NCBI GenBank assembly: GCA_041664365.1
Contig: JBAYKW010000001.1
Span: forward strand, 7,168-71,167
Length of the DNA: 64,000 bases
DNA from: Patescibacteria group bacterium
GTDB lineage: Bacteria; Patescibacteriota; Patescibacteriia; UM-FILTER-42-10
Direction of reading: 5' to 3'
Numbering within the stretch: position 1 is the stretch's first letter; each line of letters begins with the position of its first letter. The position numbers were made by a program, and so were the translations under genes. Below, piece by piece: positions 43,762 to 53,370 of this stretch. The notes beneath the pieces were generated by a model. It was not told the origin of the DNA, searched no databases, and saw only the letters and a list, made by a program, of their open reading frames with translations.

Positions 43762-44679
43762 ATGCCTGATATTTCCATCAATTTAGCGGGAATTAAATTT
43801 AGTAATCCGACAATTCTAGCGTCGGGGATTCTTGGTGTTACCCGGGATTCGTTAAAGTACGTTTTTCAGAACGGCGCGGGCGGTTGTGTGATCAAGTCCA
43901 TCAGCCGGGAAGAGCGCAAAGGGCACGATGCACCGAACATGCACGCGATTGAAGGCGGATTTATGAACGCGGTAGGATATTCCAATCCGGGACTGGAAAA
44001 GGCAAAAGAAGAATTTGTTAAGCTTAAAGATTTAGAAGTGCCGGTTATTGCTAGTATCATTGGCAAAGACGCGGATGAGTTTGCTTACATGGCGGAGAAT
44101 TTTCTGACTGACGAATTTTCGGCGGTAGAAGCGGTTTTATCTTGTCCCCACACTCCGGGTTACGGAACAATGGCCGGGCAGGGAACACCGAAAGCAACCG
44201 AAGAGATTACACGCAGAATCAGGGAAAAAACCAAGCTCCCTTTATTTATTAAAGTTTCACCGGAAAGTCAGCCAATCGGAGAAGTAGCAAAGGCGGCGGA
44301 AGCGGGCGGTGCGGACGCAATCTCCGCAGTCAATTCTATGGGTCCCGGGATTCACCTGGATATCTATGCCAAAAAACCTATCTTACATTTCGGCATGGGT
44401 GGTGTCACCGGTCCGGCACTGAGGCCGATTGCGGCGCGGTGCGTTTCTGATATTTATCAGTCTGTAAAAATTCCGGTGATCGGTATTGGTGGAGTCACAA
44501 CAGGAAGAGATGCGATTGAAATGATGATGCTGGGTGCATCCGCAGTACAAATTGGAACGGCGGTGTACTATCGCGGAGCGGAAGTATTCAAACTGATTTG
44601 TGATGAGATTATGGAATATATGCAAGCGGAGGGTTTTGAATCAATTAATGAAATAATCGGGCTGGCACATAAGAAGTAA
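43762..44679 (+). CDS. pyrD: Dihydroorotate dehydrogenase 1B catalytic subunit
   Basis: NPTILASG, MNAVG..NPG, SCPH, IPVIGIGG. Confidence 0.93.
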   Translation: MPDISINLAGIKFSNPTILASGILGVTRDSLKYVFQNGAGGCVIKSISREERKGHDAPNMHAIEGGFMNAVGYSNPGLEKAKEEFVKLKDLEVPVIASIIGKDADEFAYMAENFLTDEFSAVEAVLSCPHTPGYGTMAGQGTPKATEEITRRIREKTKLPLFIKVSPESQPIGEVAKAAEAGGADAISAVNSMGPGIHLDIYAKKPILHFGMGGVTGPALRPIAARCVSDIYQSVKIPVIGIGGVTTGRDAIEMMMLGASAVQIGTAVYYRGAEVFKLICDEIMEYMQAEGFESINEIIGLAHKK

Positions 44680-44729
44680 TTCGTAATCGGTAAGTGGTAA
44701 TTCGTAATTTGTAATTAGTAATTGGTAAT
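44676..44729. repeat. Heptamer tandem array GTAAT/GNN, about 7.7 copies
   Basis: gtaattc gtaatcg gtaagtg gtaattc gtaattt gtaatta gtaattg gtaat. Confidence 0.85.
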
Positions 44730-44732
44730 ATA

Positions 44733-45548
44733 ATGAATCATTGGATCAATAAGCTGGATAAACCGTTAATGATGCCGATTGTCAGGCGCGAAAAAGAAAA
44801 CGAGAATGTAGACACATTTTATTTTAAACATGCTTTGAATTCGCAGGCTGGCCAGTTTGTTATGCTTTGGATTCCGGGACTGGATGAGAAGCCTTTCAGC
44901 ATTGCGTACGACACCGGTGATGAACTGGGTCTGGCAATTGCAAAGGTTGGTCCGTTTACTGAAGAGCTTTTTAAACTGAAAGTCGGGGACCGTGTTGGAA
45001 TCCGCGGGCCATATGGTCATGGTTTCTGGAAAGAGGCCGGGGCCAAAAAAGTAGTAATGGTTGGCGGTGGATACGGCGTAGCACCATTATTAAACATGGC
45101 GGAAGAACTGGTTAAAGACGGCGTTGAAATCCATTTTATCAACGGCGCCAGGTCAAAAGACCTGCTGTTGTTTCAGGATCGCATTAACAGTTTAAAGGCA
45201 AAAATTTATACAACAACCAATGACGGATCATTTGGTATTGAAGGTATGGTTACAGTTCCCTTGCAGGAAATTATAGCCAAGGAGAAAATCGATCTGGTTT
45301 ATACCTGCGGACCGGAATTGATGGAGAAGGCGGTGTTCGATTTTTGTGAAATATCCAATATTAATTGTCAGATCAGCATTGAACGCTATATGAAATGCGG
45401 TATGGGTGTTTGTGGTGCCTGCTCTGTGGACGGTACTGGTGAGCCGATGTGTGTAAAAGGTCCGGTGGTTGATTCGGAAAGAGCGAGGTTGATTTCAGAG
45501 TTTGGAAAATTTCACCGGAATGGATCCGGAGTGAAAAAGGATTTTTAG
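44733..45548 (+). CDS. pyrK: Dihydroorotate dehydrogenase electron transfer subunit
   Basis: GQFVML, RGPYG, GGGYG, CGP, MKCGMGVCGAC 2Fe-2S motif. Confidence 0.95.
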   Translation: MNHWINKLDKPLMMPIVRREKENENVDTFYFKHALNSQAGQFVMLWIPGLDEKPFSIAYDTGDELGLAIAKVGPFTEELFKLKVGDRVGIRGPYGHGFWKEAGAKKVVMVGGGYGVAPLLNMAEELVKDGVEIHFINGARSKDLLLFQDRINSLKAKIYTTTNDGSFGIEGMVTVPLQEIIAKEKIDLVYTCGPELMEKAVFDFCEISNINCQISIERYMKCGMGVCGACSVDGTGEPMCVKGPVVDSERARLISEFGKFHRNGSGVKKDF

Positions 45549-45549
45549 T

Positions 45550-46836
45550 ATGAATATTACGCTGAAGAATTGCATTTTGGAATCGGCAGAGACGGATGTT
45601 CATATCTCAGATGGCATTATAAGTAAAATTGGCAAAGGTGCGGAAGGGGAAATAATCGACTGTTCCGGTCTTGTTTTACTTCCCGGTTTGATTGACGGTC
45701 ATGTACATTTTCGTGAACCGGGTGCAGAACATAAAGAAGACTGGCTCACCGGATCGCGCGCGGCGGTCAAAGGGGGCGTCACTACAGTTCTGGATATGCC
45801 GAACAACAACCCGCCGATTATTGACGAAGCGTCTTTACGATTAAAAAGAGCAAAAGCAGAAAAAAGCGTGATTAATTACGGTTTTCATATTGGAGCCACA
45901 ACCGGCAATCTGGATTTTATTAATTCCGCTGAAAATATTGCCGCAGTAAAAATATATTTCGGCTCATCTACCGGTGATCTCTTGGTGGACAAAATGGCCG
46001 ATGTGGAAAAAATATTTGAAGGAAGCAAAAGACTGTTTCTCGTCCACGCTGAAGATGAAGCTTTTATTCAGGAAAAGAACAAAGAATACAGCGGGACGGA
46101 TGACCCGATGATCCATACCAAGGTTAGGGCGCCGGAAGCTGCAATACTAGCAGTCAAAAATATCTTAGCCATTGTTGAACGGACCAAAGCGCGCGTGCAT
46201 TTTTGCCACGTCAGTACGGCGGGCGAATTGAAACTGATCAAATCAGCCAAAGCCAAAGGCCTGCCCGTCACCTGCGAAGTCGCACCACACCATTTATTCT
46301 TGAACAGCAGTGAATACGGCAAACAAGGTAACTGGGTGAAAATGAACCCGCCGCTCAGACCGGAGTCGGATCGATTGGCACTGTGGCGCGGGCTTTTCGA
46401 CGGCACAGTTGATACCATCGCTACCGATCACGCGCCACATACTAGAGAAGAAAAAGAACAGCCCTATTGGCAGGCGCCGGCCGGTGTTCCGGGGGTGGAA
46501 ACTATGTTACCATTACTACTGAACGAGGTGAGTAAAGGCAGAATTGATTTAAAAAAAGTAATTCAATTAACCTGCGAAAATCCCGCTCGAATATTTAAAA
46601 TTAAGCATAAAGGAAAAATTGAAGAAGGGTATGATGCGGATTTGGTTTTAGTAGATATGCAGATGGAAAAAGAAGTGATCAATGAAGAAATGGAGTCCAA
46701 ATGCGCCTGGACCCCGTTTGCCGGGAAGATCCTGACCGGCTGGCCGGTCGCGACGATGGTCGGTGGAAATATCGTTTACAATTCTTTGGAAATTAACGAA
46801 CAATTTAAAGGTAAGGAGATAAATTATGAGTTATAA
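45550..46836 (+). CDS. pyrC: Dihydroorotase
   Basis: DGHVHFREPG, DMPN, KMNPPLR, TDHAPH. Confidence 0.95.
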   Translation: MNITLKNCILESAETDVHISDGIISKIGKGAEGEIIDCSGLVLLPGLIDGHVHFREPGAEHKEDWLTGSRAAVKGGVTTVLDMPNNNPPIIDEASLRLKRAKAEKSVINYGFHIGATTGNLDFINSAENIAAVKIYFGSSTGDLLVDKMADVEKIFEGSKRLFLVHAEDEAFIQEKNKEYSGTDDPMIHTKVRAPEAAILAVKNILAIVERTKARVHFCHVSTAGELKLIKSAKAKGLPVTCEVAPHHLFLNSSEYGKQGNWVKMNPPLRPESDRLALWRGLFDGTVDTIATDHAPHTREEKEQPYWQAPAGVPGVETMLPLLLNEVSKGRIDLKKVIQLTCENPARIFKIKHKGKIEEGYDADLVLVDMQMEKEVINEEMESKCAWTPFAGKILTGWPVATMVGGNIVYNSLEINEQFKGKEINYEL

Positions 46837-47500
46837 GAAAGATTTTATAGAATTTCTAGTGCGATCAGAAGCTTTGAAGTTTGGCGAATTTACCTTAAAA
46901 AGCGGACGAATTTCACCGTATTTTTTCACTACCGGCAATTTTAATACCGGATCGTCTATTTATAAACTGGGATATTTCTATGCTGCGCTGATCCGTGAGG
47001 AAGTGGTGGATTTTGACGTGATCTTCGGACCAGCCTACAAAGGAATCCCGCTGGCAGTCGCCACGTCCATGGCGCTGGCTAAAGATTTCGGCATGGATAA
47101 AGGATACCTTTTTGATCGGAAAGAGGTAAAAGATTACGGCGATAAAAGTGCGTTTGTCGGTTATGAACCTACACCTGGGCAAAAGATTATTTTGATTGAT
47201 GATGTAATGACAACCGGAAAGACCAAGGAAGATGCTGTAAATATAATCAAAGAAAAATTTGAAAATGTCAGTTTCGCGGGACTGGTTATTGCATTCAACC
47301 GCCAGGAAAAAGACAATGACGGCAATGATGCGCTTTTGGAATTTGAAAAATCATTCGATATTCCGGTAAAAGCAATTGTGACAGTCAGAGAGGTAATTGA
47401 CGTTCTACACAACCAGAAAATTGACGGGCAAATTTACCTGGATGACGCAACTAAAGATAGAATGGAAGAATACCTTGCCAGGTATGGTGTTTCTCAGTAA
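46826..47500 (+). CDS. pyrE: Orotate phosphoribosyltransferase
   Basis: FGEFTLKSGR.SPYFF, FGPAYKGIP, LIDDVMTTG. Confidence 0.96.
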   Translation: MSYKKDFIEFLVRSEALKFGEFTLKSGRISPYFFTTGNFNTGSSIYKLGYFYAALIREEVVDFDVIFGPAYKGIPLAVATSMALAKDFGMDKGYLFDRKEVKDYGDKSAFVGYEPTPGQKIILIDDVMTTGKTKEDAVNIIKEKFENVSFAGLVIAFNRQEKDNDGNDALLEFEKSFDIPVKAIVTVREVIDVLHNQKIDGQIYLDDATKDRMEEYLARYGVSQ

Positions 47501-47527
47501 AATAGCGGTAATAATTTATCAAAAAAT

Positions 47528-48316
47528 ATGAACAGCGAACCATCATTTCCGAATGATCAAGATCGCGAGCAGTCAGCGGAGATGCCGAGGGAAATAGAAA
47601 CAAAAATTGTAAATTTAGGTGATCCGGAAGAATTTAAAAAACGCCTATTGGATCTGGGCGCTGTACTTGTTGATGGCAGGCGTCTTTTACAGGACCGCAG
47701 TTTTAAGCGGGAAAAAGATAAACAAGTGGATAGTACCGACCTTCCTTTTAATACCGCCGAGGTTAAAGACCCGACCGATTTACAGAATGTTCTGGAGCTG
47801 TTGGGAGTAGATATTGTCTCTGAGCCGGATGAGAGTGGAGTTATGATGATTCGTACACGTGCAGGCGCTCCTGTCCGTATGGTGCGTTTAAGAAAAGAAA
47901 ATGATACGACAGTCCTGACAATCAAGGAAAAAAGAAATAAAGCACAGACAGTGGATAATCGGATGGAAACCGAGGTGGAATTGATTGATGAAAATTCGCT
48001 GAATCAATTATTGGCATCAATGAGGTATTCGCATTTGGCTGATAAGGAAAAATACCGGACAACATACGGATTAGACGGATGTAAGGTTGAATTAAACGAG
48101 GGTCCGATTGGAGCGCCTTGGGCGGAGATTGAAGCGGGAAGTGAAGAACAGGTTATAGCGCTTGCCAATGCGCTGGGTTATCAGCCGGAAGATTTGGCCG
48201 GTATGTCGGATGCGGATTATTATGCACTTAAAGTTCCTGATCTTACACCAGAGGAACTTAATAACATGACTTTTGCCAAAATGAAAGACAGGGCACCAAA
48301 AGACCAACCGGAATAA
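47528..48316 (+). CDS. CYTH-domain (class IV adenylate cyclase/triphosphatase-like) protein
   Basis: EIETK, VRLR, ETEV, EKYRTTY, EIE motifs. Confidence 0.8.
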   Translation: MNSEPSFPNDQDREQSAEMPREIETKIVNLGDPEEFKKRLLDLGAVLVDGRRLLQDRSFKREKDKQVDSTDLPFNTAEVKDPTDLQNVLELLGVDIVSEPDESGVMMIRTRAGAPVRMVRLRKENDTTVLTIKEKRNKAQTVDNRMETEVELIDENSLNQLLASMRYSHLADKEKYRTTYGLDGCKVELNEGPIGAPWAEIEAGSEEQVIALANALGYQPEDLAGMSDADYYALKVPDLTPEELNNMTFAKMKDRAPKDQPE

Positions 48317-48329
48317 TTAATATCACACT

Positions 48330-49139
48330 ATGAATAAACAAAATCAAACATACCTTCAAAGGGCAGAAAAAGCGAAAAACCCGGTGGCTGTAAAATTACT
48401 CCAGCTCATGGGGCAGAAACAAACCAACCTCGCGCTGGCGGTGGATGAGCCGGAGGCCGATTTGGTTTTAAAACTGGCGGACACTATCGGACCGGAGCTT
48501 TGCCTGTTAAAAACGCATATAGACATCATTGAGGGTTTTAACGAGGGATTTATCACAGAATTATCAAACCTCGCTAAAAAGCACAATTTTTTAATCTTTG
48601 AGGACCGGAAATTCGCTGATATCGGCAATACAGTCAAAATGCAGTATGGCGGGGGGATGTATAAAATAGTGGAATGGTCTGATATGGTAAATGCGCATAT
48701 TGTCCCGGGTCCCGGAATTATTGAAGGGCTAAAGGAAGTGGCTGAGGCAAGCGGAAAGGAGCGGGCATTAATCCTGCTGGCACAGATGAGTTCCAAAGGA
48801 AATCTGGCGACGGACGAATATACCGAAAAGGCGGTAAGGATGGCGCGCGAGTACGCTGATTTTGTGATCGGATTTATCGGGAACGGGGGAGATGTGAAAG
48901 AACTGAGCAAACTGACTGGACTAAACAGTGAAGAGTTTATTATAATGACTCCGGGTGTTAAACTGGGTGGCGGGGATGATGCGCTGAAACAGCAATACAC
49001 CACACCATCCGATGTAATAACCGCCGGTTCTGATATCATCATTGTCGGACGGGGGATTTACGGCGCGGACGATCCGGTTGCGGAAGCCAAGGAGTACAGA
49101 CAAGTCGCGTGGGACGCATATTTGAAAAGAATTGGATAG
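48330..49139 (+). CDS. pyrF: Orotidine-5'-phosphate decarboxylase (eukaryote/UMPS-like subtype)
   Basis: LKTHIDI, FEDRKFADIGNTV, MTPGV, QQY.TP, IVGRGI. Confidence 0.95.
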   Translation: MNKQNQTYLQRAEKAKNPVAVKLLQLMGQKQTNLALAVDEPEADLVLKLADTIGPELCLLKTHIDIIEGFNEGFITELSNLAKKHNFLIFEDRKFADIGNTVKMQYGGGMYKIVEWSDMVNAHIVPGPGIIEGLKEVAEASGKERALILLAQMSSKGNLATDEYTEKAVRMAREYADFVIGFIGNGGDVKELSKLTGLNSEEFIIMTPGVKLGGGDDALKQQYTTPSDVITAGSDIIIVGRGIYGADDPVAEAKEYRQVAWDAYLKRIG

Positions 49140-49195
49140 AAACTAGTCCGATGCATTTACGGAGTAAATGCCCGGGCGCAATGGTTACATATAAA

Positions 49196-49244
49196 TACCA
49201 CTTACGAATTACAAATTACCAATTACTAACTTACTAATTACCAA
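49196..49244. repeat. Heptamer tandem array NNATTAC; units are reverse complements of those at 44676-44729
   Basis: cacttac gaattac aaattac caattac taacttac taattac. Confidence 0.8.
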
Positions 49245-49250
49245 ACCCAA

Positions 49251-50186
49251 ATGAGACACTGTCTTACTCTAAAAGACTATTCCAAAGAGGATATCCTGGA
49301 AATAATCCGCAAGGCGCAGGAGATCAAAGCCAATCCGGAAAGATACGGGGATGTTTTGAAAAACAAAACACTAATCATGCTGTTCCAGAAGACATCCACC
49401 CGCACACGTCTATCCTTTGAAGCCGGCATGACTCAGCTGGGCGGACATGCGATATTTTTGGACAGCCGGACATCTCAGTTCGCATTAACCGATTATAAAG
49501 ACGAGATCCAGGCGGTGATGCGTTTTGGTGATGTGCTGATGTTCCGGGCAAAATCCTTTAATGACGTAAATATTGCCGCATCCCTCAACAAAATTCCGGT
49601 CATCGATGCCTGTTCCGAGAAATACCATCCTTGCCAGTCACTGGGAGATCTCTTGACCATGGTGGAACACAGCGGGGGAATTGAAAATATCAAAAAAGTA
49701 ACTTGGCTCGGCATTGAAAACAATGTCAGCAACACACTGAAACTGGTCTGCGCCAAACTGGGGATCGATATCTATCTGGCGGCACCAAAGGTACACGAAA
49801 TCAGCGTTGATGAAGAGCTAAACCAAATGGCAGAAGCAACCGGGAAGGTACACAAAACTGTGGATATGGAAGAAGCAATGAAAGATACGGATTACGTTCA
49901 CACCGACACCTGGATGGATATGGAATTTTTTGAAGACGGCAAAGTGAAGCCGGAATTTCAAGCGGAATATGAGAAGAGAATAGAAGAATTCAAGCCGTTC
50001 CAGCTCAATGCCGGAATCGTGGATAAATACAGCCCCAAGGTCGGAATTATGCACTGTATGCCGTGCCATGTCGGCTATGAGATATCACGTGACGCTATTG
50101 ATCATCCCAACTCCATAATTTTTGATCAGGCGGAAAACAGGATGCATATTCAAAAAGCCATCATTTTGTGGCTCATGGGGAAATAG
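49251..50186 (+). CDS. argF: Ornithine carbamoyltransferase-family protein
   Basis: STRTRLSFEAGM, HPCQ, HCMP, FDQAENR; the usual SMG loop reads WMDME. Confidence 0.8.
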   Translation: MRHCLTLKDYSKEDILEIIRKAQEIKANPERYGDVLKNKTLIMLFQKTSTRTRLSFEAGMTQLGGHAIFLDSRTSQFALTDYKDEIQAVMRFGDVLMFRAKSFNDVNIAASLNKIPVIDACSEKYHPCQSLGDLLTMVEHSGGIENIKKVTWLGIENNVSNTLKLVCAKLGIDIYLAAPKVHEISVDEELNQMAEATGKVHKTVDMEEAMKDTDYVHTDTWMDMEFFEDGKVKPEFQAEYEKRIEEFKPFQLNAGIVDKYSPKVGIMHCMPCHVGYEISRDAIDHPNSIIFDQAENRMHIQKAIILWLMGK

Positions 50187-50237
50187 ATAAAAACCTTATT
50201 TCACAAAACAGGCTCTGAATATTTCAGGGCTTGTTTT
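50152..50237 (+). repeat. Direct repeat copy 1 (argF 3' end plus terminator)
   Basis: 50152-50186 is identical to 51569-51603 (35 bp); 50203-50237 matches 51620-51654 with one mismatch. Confidence 0.9.
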
Positions 50238-50468
50238 TTGTTTAAGTGTGTAATTCGGAGACCCACAAAAAGTAATGGATTCTCGGATCGCCTCCGATGT
50301 CGGTGTCCAAAAAACCTCCCCCGGAAATTATTTCTCAATCTAAGAACCCGACACGTCCTTCCCCTCCTTATCAAGGAGGGGAGCAGATTATTGTTACTAT
50401 TTTAAAATCATGTTCCGGAGGGGTGGTAAACCCAAGGGTAATTTACGGCAATCCCGTTCCTATGTTAT

Positions 50469-50541
50469 TGCCATTCTGAACTTGTTTCAGAATCCATTAT
50501 TGCTATGGAACCGGAGATGCTGAAACTAGTTCAGCATGGCA
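50469..50541. repeat. REP-like paired hairpins
   Basis: TGCCATTCTGAACTTGTTTCAGAAT...ATGCTGAAACTAGTTCAGCATGGCA. Confidence 0.65.
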
Positions 50542-50577
50542 GAATAATAACGGAATTCCTTTCAATGGGTACTGTTT

Positions 50578-50904
50578 TTATGTTAATAGACGATATAGCT
50601 CCAGCAAGCAATCTGAGTTGCGATTGAGATAAAGTGTCTTTGATCCCTTGGTAACATTTGGAAATCTTATTGATGATAATCTGTCGAACTCTTCATCACT
50701 AAGCTCGGTGTCGGTTATCTCCAGACCATTTTCCTCTGCCAGTTGTTTGATCGCTTCGGCCTGCTCGATAGATAGACCGACCAACAGGATTTTGCCGTTA
50801 ATCGATGCGGTTTGTGATTTGATAAAATCCAGAGAGGGGATAGTATCATGAGTATCGGTTGACTCACTAATATCAAGACTCGGGTTCATGTCCAGTGTTT
50901 TCAT
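50578..50904 (-). CDS. Hypothetical acidic protein
   Basis: 108-aa ATG ORF with protein-like composition. Confidence 0.55.
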   Translation of the reverse strand: MKTLDMNPSLDISESTDTHDTIPSLDFIKSQTASINGKILLVGLSIEQAEAIKQLAEENGLEITDTELSDEEFDRLSSIRFPNVTKGSKTLYLNRNSDCLLELYRLLT

Positions 50905-51110
50905 AGAAGATTGTTATGAATTATTGTATTAGATAGTTATTTAATTTCAGCAATTATTTGCACAACATTATCTTAACATTACGATTCAGGTAAAGCAATC
51001 TGAATGTGGCCAAAATGCAGTTGACACATTTTAGTCGGTATTATAATATTGCTAACCGTTCGCGCCTGTATTTGCAGGCATTTGCTGTGTCCGCAATCCG
51101 GGAGGTTACA

Positions 51111-51506
51111 ATGCCCAAGAAACAGAAGCCCGCGGGGATCCTCGCGATGGAGAGTGTCGGTCAGCCGTTTTCGACCTGCGTGCAGATCGGCAACCACTTC
51201 CACTTCTCCGGCACGGTCGGCCGGGTCGTCGACGGCAGGGTCGTCGGTGATCTCGAAGAGCAGATCGAGGAGATCTTCACCAAGATGGATAGCATGCTGG
51301 GCGTCTGCGAACTGTACCCCGACGATGTCTTCAGCGCCACGATCCTGCTGGCCGGCGACATGTCGGGCTACGGTCTCGTCAACACGAGCTGGAATCTGTT
51401 CTTCCGGTCCGCGGAGATCATGCCCCGTCGCAAGGCCTACGCCGTGAGCGCGCTGCCCTTCGACGCGCTGATCGAGATCGAGTTCGACGCGGTCAAGCAG
51501 GACTGA
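51111..51506 (+). CDS. RidA/YjgF family protein, GC-rich cassette (probable start 51111)
   Basis: GGGAGG SD; PFS, FSG.VG, N..W..FF....P.R......LP..ALIEIE; TTGACA(51021) promoter; terminator 51535-51563. Confidence 0.85.
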   Translation: MPKKQKPAGILAMESVGQPFSTCVQIGNHFHFSGTVGRVVDGRVVGDLEEQIEEIFTKMDSMLGVCELYPDDVFSATILLAGDMSGYGLVNTSWNLFFRSAEIMPRRKAYAVSALPFDALIEIEFDAVKQD

Positions 51507-51568
51507 ACGCCCAAGCGGAACAAGCTGTACACAAGAGGATTCCATCCGGGGTCCTCATTTTTTATTAT

Positions 51569-51654
51569 AAAAAGCCATCATTTTGTGGCTCATGGGGAAA
51601 TAGGATAATAATCTTTACAACAAAACAGGCTCTGAATGTTTCAGGGCTTGTTTT
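51569..51654 (+). repeat. Direct repeat copy 2 (duplicated argF 3' end plus terminator)
   Basis: See 50152-50237. Confidence 0.9.
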
Positions 51655-51676
51655 AGATTTTTAGGTTTATTAGAAA

Positions 51677-52993
51677 TCAGCAACCATTGCGAGTACTACG
51701 AATGTAGGACGATGCAATCCTGATACTTTTTGACTTAAGTGCATTATCCCTAGGATCTTTTTTTGTCTCACCTTTTTTATTAATATTCTTATAATTTGTA
51801 AGACTTTCTGTAAATGTCGGCATTCCAATTTTAACTAGGGTATCTTTAGTTACATCACCATTAGTAGGCTTAAGTCCATATTTTTTTAATACTTTCTTTA
51901 TTACCGATTGAAGGCTATCGTCTAAAACAGAGTAATGTGATTTTTCATAATTAGTATAATAGTATGTTGCTCCCCAATTATCAACTCGAGTTTTCAGATA
52001 GTTGAGTGTTTTAAATAGACCATTTCTGTTTACTATTTTTATATCTTTAATAATTTTCTTAAATGCATTTGGCACAGGATATATTTTACTGCCTCGGAAT
52101 TTGATTCCAAGAAATTCAAAATCACTTCTCTCTATAGTGCAATACTTGTTATTATCCTTTGGTTTACTTATTGATAATGGATGTAATTTAAGTCGTAGTT
52201 TGTTCTCAATAATTTCTTTAGCAACTTTATGCATTTTTACTGCCTCTTCTTTTGTCTTGCACATAATAATAAAATCGTCTGCATAACGTACCATTTTATA
52301 ATTATGTTTTATCATTATCTCATCTAGTGGGTATAAATAAATGTTTGCAAATAATGGTGAAAGTATCCCTCCTTGAGGTATTCCGCCCTCTTTTGTCACG
52401 AAATTATCATATTCTCCAATTAAAATAAGATCATTCTTGTTACCTATCTCATTAATCAATGCACCTTCAATCAACTTATTTATTGATTTATCAGGTAAAC
52501 AAGGAAAAACATAATTATTTAGTAGATTAGAGACATCTATAGTATCAAAAAATTTTCTAATATCTGCATTATACACCCATTCATAACCGTGTTTTTTATA
52601 AAGTACAATTCTATCAACAGCATCTTTAACACGCTTTTTTTTAATGTATGCAAAACTTACAGGATTATCAATGTTATATCTTACTTTGATATAGTCAAAA
52701 ATTACAAGTTCAATTGCTTTTTGAACAACTCTGTCACGAACTGCGGGTATTTTGATAGCTCTAGTTTTCGATCCTTTCTTTAAAGGATAGCCTCTTAATG
52801 CTAAAAATTTGTATTTATTGTTAAGTAGATCTTTTCTAATAAAATTAAGCTGATTTTTTAAGTCATTTTCGAAATCCTCTATTGTCTGATTATCAATGCC
52901 TTTAGATTTATCTCTATGCTTTATTGAATCCCAAGAAAGTCGCAAATTATTTTGAGTTGCGACTTTTTTAAGTAGATTATTCGTTTTTTTCAT
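51677..52993 (-). CDS. Stand-alone group-II-intron-like (G2L-type) reverse transcriptase
   Basis: RT0 GIDNQT; IPAVRDRVVQ; ADIRKFFDTID; GIPQGGILSPLFANIYL; YADD; FEFLG; thumb/X-like LNYL...WGATY; no endonuclease domain and no intron domain V downstream. Confidence 0.93.
   Translation of the reverse strand: MKKTNNLLKKVATQNNLRLSWDSIKHRDKSKGIDNQTIEDFENDLKNQLNFIRKDLLNNKYKFLALRGYPLKKGSKTRAIKIPAVRDRVVQKAIELVIFDYIKVRYNIDNPVSFAYIKKKRVKDAVDRIVLYKKHGYEWVYNADIRKFFDTIDVSNLLNNYVFPCLPDKSINKLIEGALINEIGNKNDLILIGEYDNFVTKEGGIPQGGILSPLFANIYLYPLDEIMIKHNYKMVRYADDFIIMCKTKEEAVKMHKVAKEIIENKLRLKLHPLSISKPKDNNKYCTIERSDFEFLGIKFRGSKIYPVPNAFKKIIKDIKIVNRNGLFKTLNYLKTRVDNWGATYYYTNYEKSHYSVLDDSLQSVIKKVLKKYGLKPTNGDVTKDTLVKIGMPTFTESLTNYKNINKKGETKKDPRDNALKSKSIRIASSYIRSTRNGC
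51678..51759 (-). repeat. Left inverted repeat of the AT-rich island (overlaps the RT 3' end)
   Basis: Reverse complement of 51678-51720 matches 57424-57466 at 39/43; weaker similarity extends to about 82 bp. Confidence 0.85.
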
Positions 52994-53055
52994 AATTAGT
53001 ACCCCTAAGCTCTCCGGCTGGTCTGCACCAGTGTAACCTGCTTTTAAGGATATAG

Positions 53056-53205
53056 TGCAGTCTTAGAGTTGGTAACATTCAGGCTGATGGTTATAACCAT
53101 TAACATTATTGTCAGCATTCTGAGACTTAAGCTACTTAGTACCTTGTAGATTGAATTATACCGATTCATCGTGAATTGGCAAATATTGTCTATTTTGGTG
53201 TTTAA
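53056..53205. repeat. 150-bp direct repeat, RT-proximal copy (B)
   Basis: 147/150 identical to 53371-53520. Confidence 0.97.
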
Positions 53206-53370
53206 ATAAGCAGCTAAATTTACTCGGCCGCCGATATCCGCCAAAATGCTATCGGCTTCCGGCGCTATTTTTCGCCATTCCATGTTCTTTGCTGTTAATA
53301 ATAATTCTTGTTCCGCCAATCCGGAGGCTTGGGCGCTACAATTAGCGGTTCCAGAATAAAGCAAGTTACA

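Noticed and set aside
51600-52993. RT as part of a group II intron
   Set aside because: No domain V/VI-like hairpin (GAGCCG...CGGTTC) follows the ORF, no recognisable intron 5' end is present, and the upstream region is a promoter-led direct-repeat unit.
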